Below are positions 28,654 through 36,678 of a stretch of DNA of 64,000 bases, piece after piece (the first letter of the stretch is position 1; every line of letters starts with the position of its first letter). The notes below the pieces were generated by a model. It worked only from the letters and a program-made list of their open reading frames with translations, was not told the origin of the DNA and searched no databases. This stretch comes from a virus (lineage: Duplodnaviria > Caudoviricetes), in the IMG/VR virus record IMGVR_UViG_3300020371_000002; one strand, written 5' to 3'. The position numbers and the translations under genes are program-made.

Positions 28654-28709
28654 AATACTTAAGTTTGCCTTTCAAATTGTCCGCAATAATGCGGAGCAGT
28701 TGCATTACA

Positions 28710-28877
28710 TCACTGGTCATTGTTCTCAATGATACGATCAGCAACATCATTCAAAGTGTTGGACATTTGCCTATATCCAGATCCAACATATACTTGACCA
28801 GCAACAACAGTCACTGTACAAATACCCCAGAAAATATAATACCACTGGGATTTAATTTGGTGTTGTAAGTTCATCAT
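28710..28877 (-). CDS. Small single-TM protein (55 aa)
   Basis: hand-translated MMNLQHQIKSQWYYIFWGICTVTVVAGQVYVG. Confidence 0.6.
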   Translation of the reverse strand: MMNLQHQIKSQWYYIFWGICTVTVVAGQVYVGSGYRQMSNTLNDVADRIIENNDQ

Positions 28878-29050
28878 TTCATCAGCATTGTTGCCTTCAC
28901 AGTTTCTTGTAATTTCATGTAGAGTTTGACTTGAACACGGAGCATCTCTTTCAGAGTTGCCATGTCATCACATTCTTCAATTTCTCTTGATAATTTCTCA
29001 TACTCAAACATCTTAGATGTTGTCTGCAGCGAGATGTCGTCCGATTTCAT
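28874..29050 (-). CDS. NblA-like phycobilisome degradation adaptor (58 aa), below ORF-track cutoff
   Basis: MKSDDISLQTTSKMFEYEKLSREIEECDDMATLKEMLRVQVKLYMKLQETVKATMLMK; AGGAG RBS; L..F...K and L-x2-M-x4-V-K-x2-M-x6-K spacing match NblA helix-loop-helix. Confidence 0.55.
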   Translation of the reverse strand: MKSDDISLQTTSKMFEYEKLSREIEECDDMATLKEMLRVQVKLYMKLQETVKATMLMK

Positions 29051-29057
29051 AATACTC

Positions 29058-29222
29058 CTACATTGTGAGTTTGTATCTTATGTATTCAAGTTTTTCAACA
29101 ATTCGATCGTGTTTAACTGATGGGTGATTGTTTTGCTCTCTTGCCTTATTCCATCCATCAACTCTTTTCATGCAGTTCAGAACATAGTCTAATTCTTCCA
29201 GCGAAAAGTCATTGAGATTCAT
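29058..29222 (-). CDS. Small hypothetical protein (54 aa)
   Basis: hand-translated MNLNDFSLEELDYVL... Confidence 0.5.
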   Translation of the reverse strand: MNLNDFSLEELDYVLNCMKRVDGWNKAREQNNHPSVKHDRIVEKLEYIRYKLTM

Positions 29223-29392
29223 ACAGTTTTTTCTTGTCTAAAGTGTGCATCTAGATGCTCTTCTAGTTCTTCAAGAGCATTGAGTTTGGCGGATCCTTCA
29301 GGATCAGAGTTTAACATTTCACTGTAATAATACAGTGCATCCGCTAAGAGCGAACGTTGATCTTCTGTAATTTTACATTCAAGTTGATACAT
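29219..29392 (-). CDS. Small hypothetical protein (likely start MYQLEC)
   Basis: ORF track, start adjusted. Confidence 0.55.
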   Translation of the reverse strand: MYQLECKITEDQRSLLADALYYYSEMLNSDPEGSAKLNALEELEEHLDAHFRQEKTV

Positions 29393-29960
29393 TTTGCTGT
29401 ACTGATTGATCTGCAATAGGGACATTAAATGCAACGATGGTCCTAGGAATGTTAGAGTTCGTTGGCGGGCATTCATGATAGATTGTGGAGGGGAAAATAA
29501 TAATGTCACCCTCTTCAACTTCAGGATGCAAGTGTGTTACAGTGCCAAAGAATGGATCAGGCATAGGCGTCCAAAACCTTGTGCTGGGATGTTTCTCTTT
29601 ATCATAATCGAGATAAAGTATGCAAGAGAAATTACCAAACCCATGATTATGTAGGGGATGATGATCTGCACCTGTGTACATTTGTGTCCACATTTGCCAC
29701 TCACTTGGTTGTTCAACCAGCACACCCGCACTGTCAAAAAATCCAACGAGTTCATCTTGAATGACCTCGATGAATTTATACATGTACGGTGGTTTATTAT
29801 TATACTGGAAAAAGTCAGAATAGCAAATGTCGATACGATCCTGATCTGGTTTTAAGTCAACCAGTTCCTTAATTATCTCTTTCTTTTGTTCCCAATTAGA
29901 TAGGGATAGTCTCCAGAAAGAGATGCTAAAGAAAGGTATCTGTTCAACTTTGATACTCAT
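29379..29960 (-). CDS. 2OG-Fe(II) oxygenase-like protein (TIGR02466-like)
   Basis: HNH...FSCILYL...EGDIIIFPS..YH...RTIVAFN. Confidence 0.8.
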   Translation of the reverse strand: MSIKVEQIPFFSISFWRLSLSNWEQKKEIIKELVDLKPDQDRIDICYSDFFQYNNKPPYMYKFIEVIQDELVGFFDSAGVLVEQPSEWQMWTQMYTGADHHPLHNHGFGNFSCILYLDYDKEKHPSTRFWTPMPDPFFGTVTHLHPEVEEGDIIIFPSTIYHECPPTNSNIPRTIVAFNVPIADQSVQQNVST

Positions 29961-30121
29961 GACTTTTTCTTTCCTCTTCTTCTAGTAGCAGGTTTTTTAG
30001 GGTCTTTACTCCTTGGGTGACGTTTAAGATCTTTCTTTAAGTCCCTAAGGAACTTGAGATGCTTCTGTATTGATGTGTAAGGAGCAAGTGAATCAAATTC
30101 TTTAGGGACTTTCCAAGTCAT
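29957..30121 (-). CDS. Small basic protein (54 aa)
   Basis: hand-translated MTWKVPKEF...HLKFLRDLKKDLK. Confidence 0.55.
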   Translation of the reverse strand: MTWKVPKEFDSLAPYTSIQKHLKFLRDLKKDLKRHPRSKDPKKPATRRRGKKKS

Positions 30122-30525
30122 TCTTCTAGACCACCTTCAGGAATATCAACGAGGACACAATTATCGTTAGTGTCATAACAGAACCATTCACCTTCATTGA
30201 AGATGTAGGCATACTCACCCCATGAATCTTTAGTACACTGGAAATACTCCGTGATAGACTCATGATGTTGTGGTTCTACACCACTATCACCACGCTCAGC
30301 ATAATAGAGTGGGCGATTGGTCTCAATATCGTTGCGATCCCAGTCAGTATCTGACCAGGCACAAGAAATATCTCCACCATCAATTAGATCGGTTACTTTC
30401 TCCTTCGTATTGAACTTTGAGTTGAGTACCTTACCCAACCAAGCAGGATAACCATCCCAATGATGATAAACAGATACAATAGATTCATCTTTGAGTTGAA
30501 TACCGATGCGTGAACGTGTTGCCAT
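30118..30525 (-). CDS. Hypothetical protein (MATRSRIG...YHHWDGYP type)
   Basis: ORF track; boxed promoter at 30671. Confidence 0.8.
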   Translation of the reverse strand: MATRSRIGIQLKDESIVSVYHHWDGYPAWLGKVLNSKFNTKEKVTDLIDGGDISCAWSDTDWDRNDIETNRPLYYAERGDSGVEPQHHESITEYFQCTKDSWGEYAYIFNEGEWFCYDTNDNCVLVDIPEGGLEE

Positions 30526-30678
30526 GATGAAGAAAGAAGAATAAAAGGGTAGAGGGGAGGTCTCGCGGCAGGAGACACAATTACATAGACCCTCTGTGTG
30601 TTGTGTGTGAGGCGTCAGAGATCTCTGACTCTTTAATAATACACCCTGGCGCGCCTTGTGGCACTCTTAGTGGACAGT

Positions 30679-30948
30679 TCAGTCACCGTCCTCAAAGTAA
30701 TCTCCTTGGGTAGAAAACTCCAGTTCGGCGATCTCTTGGTTGCTGAGTCCAGTAATATCACCCAAGAATAGAATTTCACTATCCCATCCATCCTCAGTAT
30801 CGCCAATCAGGAACATTTCCTGTGCGATTGCTTTGGCGTCATCATATTTATCGTTGTCAATGAGTTCAGTCAACCGTCGTGAAATAACGTTGTCGATGAC
30901 ATCCAGGCAACGATCACGGTTGTATTCGATGGTTTCTTGTTCGTTCAT
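30679..30948 (-). CDS. Acidic hypothetical protein
   Basis: ORF track. Confidence 0.7.
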   Translation of the reverse strand: MNEQETIEYNRDRCLDVIDNVISRRLTELIDNDKYDDAKAIAQEMFLIGDTEDGWDSEILFLGDITGLSNQEIAELEFSTQGDYFEDGD

Positions 30949-31130
30949 TAGAGTGTCTCCTTTAGAGATGAGTAGATAACATCGCAGATTGCCAACTGAT
31001 CTTGAATTAAGTCAGCATTCTTTTTCAGTCTGGTTTGTAACAACGCAAGTTTGACCTCTGCTTGGATCAAAGTGCGTAAGAGATCGAGTGACTCTTCTTT
31101 TAATAGTGATTGCTTAAAATCAATACTCAC
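30948..31130 (-). CDS. Small hypothetical protein
   Basis: ORF track, coupled. Confidence 0.6.
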   Translation of the reverse strand: MSIDFKQSLLKEESLDLLRTLIQAEVKLALLQTRLKKNADLIQDQLAICDVIYSSLKETL

Positions 31131-31339
31131 TTCTCAACTTTCCAATCAGTGTTACCTTTAACAGGCACCCAGAAGAAGTAATTGTGATTAAGTGATTCTA
31201 GGAATACCCACTCTTGTCCCTCGTGATTCCTCTCTCCTTGAACAAAGCAAGTATGAAAGAGATCCATTTCATTAGCGAAACGGTTCTTTGCCTTCCTTGA
31301 CAACGGAGTGACGAACAGTTTTTTAGTCTTAGTTGCCAT
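31127..31339 (-). CDS. Small hypothetical protein (SRKAKNRFAN type)
   Basis: ORF track; boxed promoter at 31398. Confidence 0.75.
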   Translation of the reverse strand: MATKTKKLFVTPLSRKAKNRFANEMDLFHTCFVQGERNHEGQEWVFLESLNHNYFFWVPVKGNTDWKVEK

Positions 31340-31359
31340 GTGTCTTGTTCAGAACGTAG

Positions 31360-31617
31360 TTACTGTAACATGTCAGCGAGTGCGTTGGAGGCACCTTGTG
31401 ACAGTTCTTCTTTTGTCTTAATTCGTTTCATCTTTCGCATACAAATCTCAAAGGATGATCCAGTGGCAATAAATTCACCATCATGAATACATACCCATTT
31501 CTTATTGCCTGCAAATGGCATTACAACCCAATGCCCATCTGATGAAACATAATCTCTAACAGGTACGGGATCCAGTAGAGTTGAATTGTGGTTGTAGTAT
31601 TTGGTTTTTTTACTCAT
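31360..31617 (-). CDS. Hypothetical protein
   Basis: ORF track, coupled to helicase. Confidence 0.7.
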   Translation of the reverse strand: MSKKTKYYNHNSTLLDPVPVRDYVSSDGHWVVMPFAGNKKWVCIHDGEFIATGSSFEICMRKMKRIKTKEELSQGASNALADMLQ

Positions 31618-32801
31618 CGAGTGATCTCAGAGATTGCTGCCTCCCCTTTGTTGAAGATAACATCTACAACTGCCTGTACTTTACGGGCAGTGCTGATACC
31701 CACATTATCATATGTTGGGATAGTTACAAGTCCATAAGTCTTGGATTCACCACCCAAACGAATAACTCGACCTACAGTTTGTGAGATGCCAACATAATCC
31801 ATGTTACGGAGAAAGATGACTGACTGTAATCCATTGACATTGATACCCTCGGAGAGAATACTGTGGTGAAGTACAACAAACTTCTTAGTTTGATCCTTAC
31901 CCCAGGCATTCAGAGTATTGAAGAACTCCTCACGGGTAACTTTATTGCCATCAATAAGAGCGCCAGTCTTGGAAGTGATAACCAACCAACTGTAACCCTC
32001 ATCATACAACTTACTTACGAAGTTAGTATTGGTGATGATATTGATGATCTGTTTTGTAGTGCGAGCACAAACAAGAACCTGATCCTTCTTATCTTCCTTG
32101 ATAGTCTGATGCAGATAGTCAGCATCACGTTGCCAGTTGTTCTTATCCTTAGAGAGAGGCAACTGGCGGACATTAACTTTAGGTGGCAGAATATAACCAC
32201 CATCAACAAGTTCAGGAGCAGGCACTTGACAGATCACCTTACCATATACACTAACATCATTCATCCCTGCCTTTTTAGGTGTGAGAGACCACTTAGGTGT
32301 TGCAGTGAAGAAGTAACAACGGATGTGATTCAGTTGGGCAAAGTGTTTAGTTGCAACATGAAAGTTCTTTGCAACAGAGTTATGTGCCTCATCGAAGTAA
32401 ATGTTATTCACTTCAATATCTGCCTCTACCAGGCGATGCAAACTGTGGTAGGTAGTGAAGATAATGCAGTTCTCACCTGCCGTACGGGCAGTGTTAGCGA
32501 ACAAGTGAATCTTCTCTGGTTTAGTAGTACCGTAGTAAGAAGTCTTACCACTATGTACATGCATCACATGAGTGTGAGTGGTATCAATAACCTCAAGAAA
32601 CTCTTCACAGAGTTGTTCAGCGAGGAGAATACGAGGGGCGACAACAACAATAGTCTGACCACGTTTCTTTGTTTCGAGAGTAAAAGAAACGTCCTCGATC
32701 ATACACATTGTTTTGCCACCACCAGTAGGAACAATGATCTGTCCCTTCTGATTATCCCACATCGCATTGATGGCACGGATTTGGTGGGGACGGAGGTTCA
32801 T
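31614..32801 (-). CDS. Superfamily 2 (DEAD/DEAH-like, type III Res-like) helicase
   Basis: Q motif LRPHQ, Walker A PTGGGKT, DEAH, TAT, SEGIN, QTVGRVIR. Confidence 0.92.
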   Translation of the reverse strand: MNLRPHQIRAINAMWDNQKGQIIVPTGGGKTMCMIEDVSFTLETKKRGQTIVVVAPRILLAEQLCEEFLEVIDTTHTHVMHVHSGKTSYYGTTKPEKIHLFANTARTAGENCIIFTTYHSLHRLVEADIEVNNIYFDEAHNSVAKNFHVATKHFAQLNHIRCYFFTATPKWSLTPKKAGMNDVSVYGKVICQVPAPELVDGGYILPPKVNVRQLPLSKDKNNWQRDADYLHQTIKEDKKDQVLVCARTTKQIINIITNTNFVSKLYDEGYSWLVITSKTGALIDGNKVTREEFFNTLNAWGKDQTKKFVVLHHSILSEGINVNGLQSVIFLRNMDYVGISQTVGRVIRLGGESKTYGLVTIPTYDNVGISTARKVQAVVDVIFNKGEAAISEITR

Positions 32802-32829
32802 TGATTAACTGTCAATATAGTAATAATAC

Positions 32830-32857
32830 AAAAAAAGAGGGGTCATGGCGACCCCTC
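32830..32857 (-). terminator. Intrinsic terminator nested inside the helicase promoter
   Basis: 8-bp stem GAGGGGTC/GACCCCTC plus T7. Confidence 0.8.
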
Positions 32858-32865
32858 TGTGCCAG

Positions 32866-33126
32866 TTATTGGACTGGACTACCGAACTCCCTCTGGTACG
32901 CTGTGACCACATAATCACGGTACTTCTTGAAGAAAGGGAGCAAAGAGTCGTATGCCTTTTTAATATCCTCACCCAATTTGCCAACCTCATAGGTGTGAAT
33001 GTTCCAGCGGATTTTGATGTCCCTGATATATTCTTGGCGGGTGATGATAGGAGTCATCGGGCGAAGTTCCTCAACTTTAATGACTGGGAGGTCAGTTGAT
33101 TTCCTCTTCCGAGAAGTCATAGACAT
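32866..33126 (-). CDS. Hypothetical protein (likely start MSMTSRK)
   Basis: ORF track, start adjusted; TTGACA-17-TATCCT upstream. Confidence 0.65.
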   Translation of the reverse strand: MSMTSRKRKSTDLPVIKVEELRPMTPIITRQEYIRDIKIRWNIHTYEVGKLGEDIKKAYDSLLPFFKKYRDYVVTAYQREFGSPVQ

Positions 33127-33157
33127 GAATCGAATGTACCCCAGTAGGATAGTCAAT

Positions 33158-33181
33158 AAAAAACCCTCTGTCAACAGAGGG
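33158..33181 (-). terminator. Intrinsic terminator containing a TTGACA -35 in its loop
   Basis: CCCTCTG-TTGA-CAGAGGG plus T6. Confidence 0.8.
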
Positions 33182-33191
33182 TGTTACACTT

Positions 33192-33353
33192 TTAGAACTG
33201 GTTCAGCATCTTGAGAGTCTCGGGATCGAACTCCTCACGAATCCCTGCGCCAGGCAACCAATCCTCGGGACCAGTCTCCATCATCTCAGCATACAGTTCA
33301 TCATAATCGCGATACTCCGAATCGAAGGCATCGTCACGATCGAACTCATTCAT
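33192..33353 (-). CDS. Small very acidic protein (53 aa)
   Basis: hand-translated MNEFDRDDAFDSEY...EDWLP; boxed promoter at 33416. Confidence 0.7.
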   Translation of the reverse strand: MNEFDRDDAFDSEYRDYDELYAEMMETGPEDWLPGAGIREEFDPETLKMLNQF

Positions 33354-33422
33354 GTGTCTTATGTGTGTTGAACAATGTCAATATAGGATCAACCCATCAC
33401 TTAGGCAATGGGGTTGTGACAG

Positions 33423-33785
33423 TTATCCGAGTGGTGCAACTGCTGGATCCAGAGGCACGCCACCGTGTCCCATATCAAAACGAGACTCAGCACGGAGAGA
33501 TTCCAGTTCTTGACGGAGATCTCTAATTTCTTTCTCTACTTCTGCTGTAGTTTTTACCACGTTAGTCAGTGTTTGTTGGTATCCGATTGCCTGTACCAAT
33601 AATTTCTCAAGGGCACACAATCTACCATCAAGATTGCCCAATGTTTGTGACATGATCTTGACTTGTTTATTCAAACGATCCAGTCTTTGTGGACCATCTT
33701 CACCCTTGCCTGCAAATGTCTGTCCCTGTTCAGCAACAGTAGGCATCTTTGGTGGTTCTGGTTTTGTTGGCACGTTGTCAGTCAT
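33423..33785 (-). CDS. Coiled-coil hypothetical protein
   Basis: ORF track; ATAAATA upstream. Confidence 0.7.
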   Translation of the reverse strand: MTDNVPTKPEPPKMPTVAEQGQTFAGKGEDGPQRLDRLNKQVKIMSQTLGNLDGRLCALEKLLVQAIGYQQTLTNVVKTTAEVEKEIRDLRQELESLRAESRFDMGHGGVPLDPAVAPLG

Positions 33786-33817
33786 AGTTAAAAACTCTAG
33801 TCGTTTTATTTATTATT

Positions 33818-34192
33818 TTAATTCCAAGGTCCAGTCTTGGCGAGAGCGACGGTAAACCACACCACACCACCAACAATAACTCCAATACCAAATGCTGGCA
33901 CAGCAACCATCACATATAATGCGGGGAGAATAACTAGGTATCCCACAATGTTCCCAAGAACATCACTGAGACCAAGAAGTAAAGGACTGGATGTGGATTT
34001 TACTGGTGCTACATCCGATGCAGTTGATGGATCAACGTAGGGAACTGTAGGGTTGCAATTAACAACCTCTGAGGCACCGTAGGCACCCTTTGCCTGGGCG
34101 ATTGCGTCTCCTCTCCAAGAACTAGGGGATTCGAACTCAACCCTCTCCAGGCGTCCGCCTGCGGTCTTTATAAGGGCGTTCCACAATTTCAT
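33818..34192 (-). CDS. Membrane-anchored hypothetical protein
   Basis: C-terminal hydrophobic helices. Confidence 0.7.
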   Translation of the reverse strand: MKLWNALIKTAGGRLERVEFESPSSWRGDAIAQAKGAYGASEVVNCNPTVPYVDPSTASDVAPVKSTSSPLLLGLSDVLGNIVGYLVILPALYVMVAVPAFGIGVIVGGVVWFTVALAKTGPWN

Positions 34193-34221
34193 GGTGTTCT
34201 TGTCTCTATGTCCAGTATTAC

Positions 34222-34962
34222 CTAATATACGTCCCTTGGCAACCCATCTTGCGGAAATACATTTGGAGTATCCCAGAGTTTACCCTCTGCCCACTTATCG
34301 GCGGAAATTTTCCTCTCTTCTGGCGTGAGGTTAGTGACTCTCCACCCATAATCACCATTAGAAATGACCGTAGGAGTCAAGTTCATAGCAACTGTCACAC
34401 GATTGGGATGAGTGTTAGGTTTGAATCCATGTAATACATGAGACTCCCACATAAACAAACATCCCTCTTGACCAGTAACACAATCGAATTGATTATATTT
34501 TGTCTCCCTATCATGCACCATCTGAATTAGTGGTGATGAAGGATATGCCGCCAATCCTAATTTTGGTCTTGCAGCAAAATATGTGTCGGCATGTTTTCCT
34601 GTATCAAAATTTACATAGTAAACACACGATATGGTTGCGTTAGCATGATAGTGTGGTTCTTGCCATCCATTTTCTTGGCATATATTAATCCAACTATCCG
34701 TAACCTGCATATTTTCAGGTAGATAATATCCGAGTGTATTGACTACAAAGTCCTCAGCACATTGTTCTACCCATGCTTTAAAACGAGAAAACTTATCATC
34801 GGAGAGAACAGAGTAGTGATCTATATGTGTTAGACCCTCAGATAGTGGGTTCTTATGTCCATCATGCTTTTCAATCTCCTCTAAGAAGAGTGACTTAACT
34901 CTATCATGAAATGGACACTCCGAAATGTAAATTGGAGTGGGTGCAATGTCAATTACAGGCAT
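34222..34962 (-). CDS. 2OG-Fe(II) oxygenase-like protein (TIGR02466-like)
   Basis: SWINI..HYH..ISCVYY..EG.LFMWESH..H..RVTVAMN; likely start MPVID. Confidence 0.8.
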   Translation of the reverse strand: MPVIDIAPTPIYISECPFHDRVKSLFLEEIEKHDGHKNPLSEGLTHIDHYSVLSDDKFSRFKAWVEQCAEDFVVNTLGYYLPENMQVTDSWINICQENGWQEPHYHANATISCVYYVNFDTGKHADTYFAARPKLGLAAYPSSPLIQMVHDRETKYNQFDCVTGQEGCLFMWESHVLHGFKPNTHPNRVTVAMNLTPTVISNGDYGWRVTNLTPEERKISADKWAEGKLWDTPNVFPQDGLPRDVY

Positions 34963-34996
34963 AAAAAAAGGGGTGGAATGATCCACCCGTATTTAG
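34963..34996 (-). terminator. Terminator hairpin overlapped by a late promoter (CTAAATA at 34990-34996)
   Basis: GGGTGGA-TCAT-TCCACCC plus T7 directly before ATG. Confidence 0.65.
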
Positions 34997-35003
34997 ATTG
35001 AAA

Positions 35004-36353
35004 TCAAGCGTTCTCGATAGGATTGCGACCCAGTTTCAGGTTATCCTCAGTCTCCTGAATGGCACAGTTCTCATCATCATGTGTACTGCCACCATCAGCG
35101 TGGGGTGTAATGTGTCCACCTTGATAGACACTAGGATCGAAGAGTTTACCCTTCTCGATCTCCTTACCTTCAGGAGTAATCCAGTCCTGACGTACAGCAG
35201 CAACAAACTTCTGTTCCTTCTTGAAAGAACGACGGTTGTCCAGTTGTGTGCAATAGGACTCGGGTTTCCAAGTGCGAGTGATGATCTCACGACGCAACTT
35301 GTTGAAGTTCGCCTCACGAGATCTCATGAGTTCCTTGTAAGTTGCCTCACGTCCGTTGTTGTAACTGTAGGTATCAGAGTCAGTGAGTCGAGCAGCATGG
35401 GTCTTCATGTAATCATCAATGAATCCCTCAGGATTACTGATGTTGAAGTTGTTGTCCTTCAGATCCTTCACAACAGAGAAGAGGTCAAGAACACAGTTCT
35501 TGTTGGGAAGAGCAGAAAGATTGTCACCCATGAATGTGATGAATGACTTGAAATCCGATGCAAACTTGCCAACGAGTTGGTCCTCAGTTGATCCATACTC
35601 ATAAGCAGACCACATGGACTTGTCGGAAACAGTAACACCCAGTCCACGGAAGTAGATGAGAGCAAGTCCAGCGATGAAGTCATCAACCTTACGGCGATTG
35701 ATGTCCTTGGGTGTGAAGAAACACTTCAGTGTGCCTTCGTATGTGGTAGCAAGGTCACGGATAGTATCAGAGAAGTCAGAGATAACAGCGTTACGCTTCT
35801 CAGGACCGTTGAGAGAGATACCATCATTCATACGAATGAAGAGTTGAGAGAGTTGGTTGCGAGTGGCAACACTGATGACCTCAACAGTCACCACAGCATT
35901 CAGGAATGCTTGAAGAACTACGTTAGGGAGATTCTCGTAGGTGTCATTCTGACCCTCGATGATCTCAATAACTTGACCACAGATCTCATAGAAACCTGCC
36001 TGAATACCAAACTCATTGCGAAGAAACTCGGAGAGAGTAGTTACACGGTTGTTGGAATCGATGTTCAGAAAATCAACACCGCGACCCTTCCAGAGTTCAT
36101 AATACTGTTTGTCCGCGGCAATCTTCGAAGTAACCTTGCAAGCGTCTGTAGAGGCAAGGATGAACTTAGAAGGTGCCATACCCAGAATCACTGAAGTGAT
36201 GTATGACTTCTTATTGTCAATCGACCAGCGAACTCGGGATTGGAAAGAGTAATCAGCACGGGTCTTGGGTGCCATTTCTGACAGGAAAGACTCGACCGAA
36301 TACTTGAAGAAATCCGATTGAATCGGAAAGAAAGCATTTGATTTAGTAGGCAT
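35004..36353 (-). CDS. DUF262 (ParB-like) plus C-terminal HNH-type protein, GmrSD-like
   Basis: FQSR..W and IDSNNRVTTL resemble DUF262 YQR..W and DGQQRLTT; RMNDG..L...E; C-terminal GHITPHADGGST..NC..DN. Confidence 0.65.
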   Translation of the reverse strand: MPTKSNAFFPIQSDFFKYSVESFLSEMAPKTRADYSFQSRVRWSIDNKKSYITSVILGMAPSKFILASTDACKVTSKIAADKQYYELWKGRGVDFLNIDSNNRVTTLSEFLRNEFGIQAGFYEICGQVIEIIEGQNDTYENLPNVVLQAFLNAVVTVEVISVATRNQLSQLFIRMNDGISLNGPEKRNAVISDFSDTIRDLATTYEGTLKCFFTPKDINRRKVDDFIAGLALIYFRGLGVTVSDKSMWSAYEYGSTEDQLVGKFASDFKSFITFMGDNLSALPNKNCVLDLFSVVKDLKDNNFNISNPEGFIDDYMKTHAARLTDSDTYSYNNGREATYKELMRSREANFNKLRREIITRTWKPESYCTQLDNRRSFKKEQKFVAAVRQDWITPEGKEIEKGKLFDPSVYQGGHITPHADGGSTHDDENCAIQETEDNLKLGRNPIENA

Positions 36354-36433
36354 TGTACCTTTTTTAGTAGAACTAGGGGGTGTGACTTAGAGCAACCTAT
36401 AGAGGTCGGTCATCCATCAACAATACCAATATA

Positions 36434-36619
36434 TCAGGTCTTAGATTCGGTGGCAACCTCAGCATCAGCAGTAATCTGTTCCTCCAAAACCGTGATGGCA
36501 CCTTCGATCCTGAGAAACTCTTCTTTCTTCTTATTAAATTCTTTTTCCATTGCTAACAACTCATCACGCAGTTTGAGTGCATTTTCTACTAAAGTCTGGT
36601 GTCGTTTTTTAATGTCCAT
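36434..36619 (-). CDS. Small coiled-coil protein
   Basis: ORF track. Confidence 0.7.
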   Translation of the reverse strand: MDIKKRHQTLVENALKLRDELLAMEKEFNKKKEEFLRIEGAITVLEEQITADAEVATESKT

Positions 36620-36646
36620 GATTAGTCAGTAATCCCCAGTATATAG

Positions 36647-36653
36647 ATAAATA
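36647..36653 (+). promoter_or_regulatory. Late promoter ATAAATA
   Basis: 25 nt upstream of the 36679 ATG; AGGAG RBS follows. Confidence 0.6.
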
Positions 36654-36678
36654 AGGATAGGAGTCATATTGTACCATA

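Larger units (their letters stand above)
19941..33437 (-). promoter_or_regulatory. Family of 12-13 early-type promoters: -10 hexamer plus a (G/T)(T/G)G(A/C)CA-N10-TG(G/T)C(A/C)(C/A) palindrome 30-31 nt away
   Basis: boxes start at 19977, 21736, 22145, 22984, 24235, 24526, 25250, 25699, 27745, 30671, 31398, 32859, 33416. Confidence 0.8.

Noticed and set aside
31863-32804. 313-aa plus-strand ORF
   Set aside because: Antisense shadow of the helicase; no motifs or RBS
34963-34986. Track GTG start (MDHSTPFF) for the oxygenase
   Set aside because: Extension lies inside the terminator hairpin and T-tract; ATG at 34962 preferred
34998-36194. Several alternative-frame and antisense ORFs over the DUF262 gene
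   Set aside because: Expected by-product of biased codon usage; no independent signals
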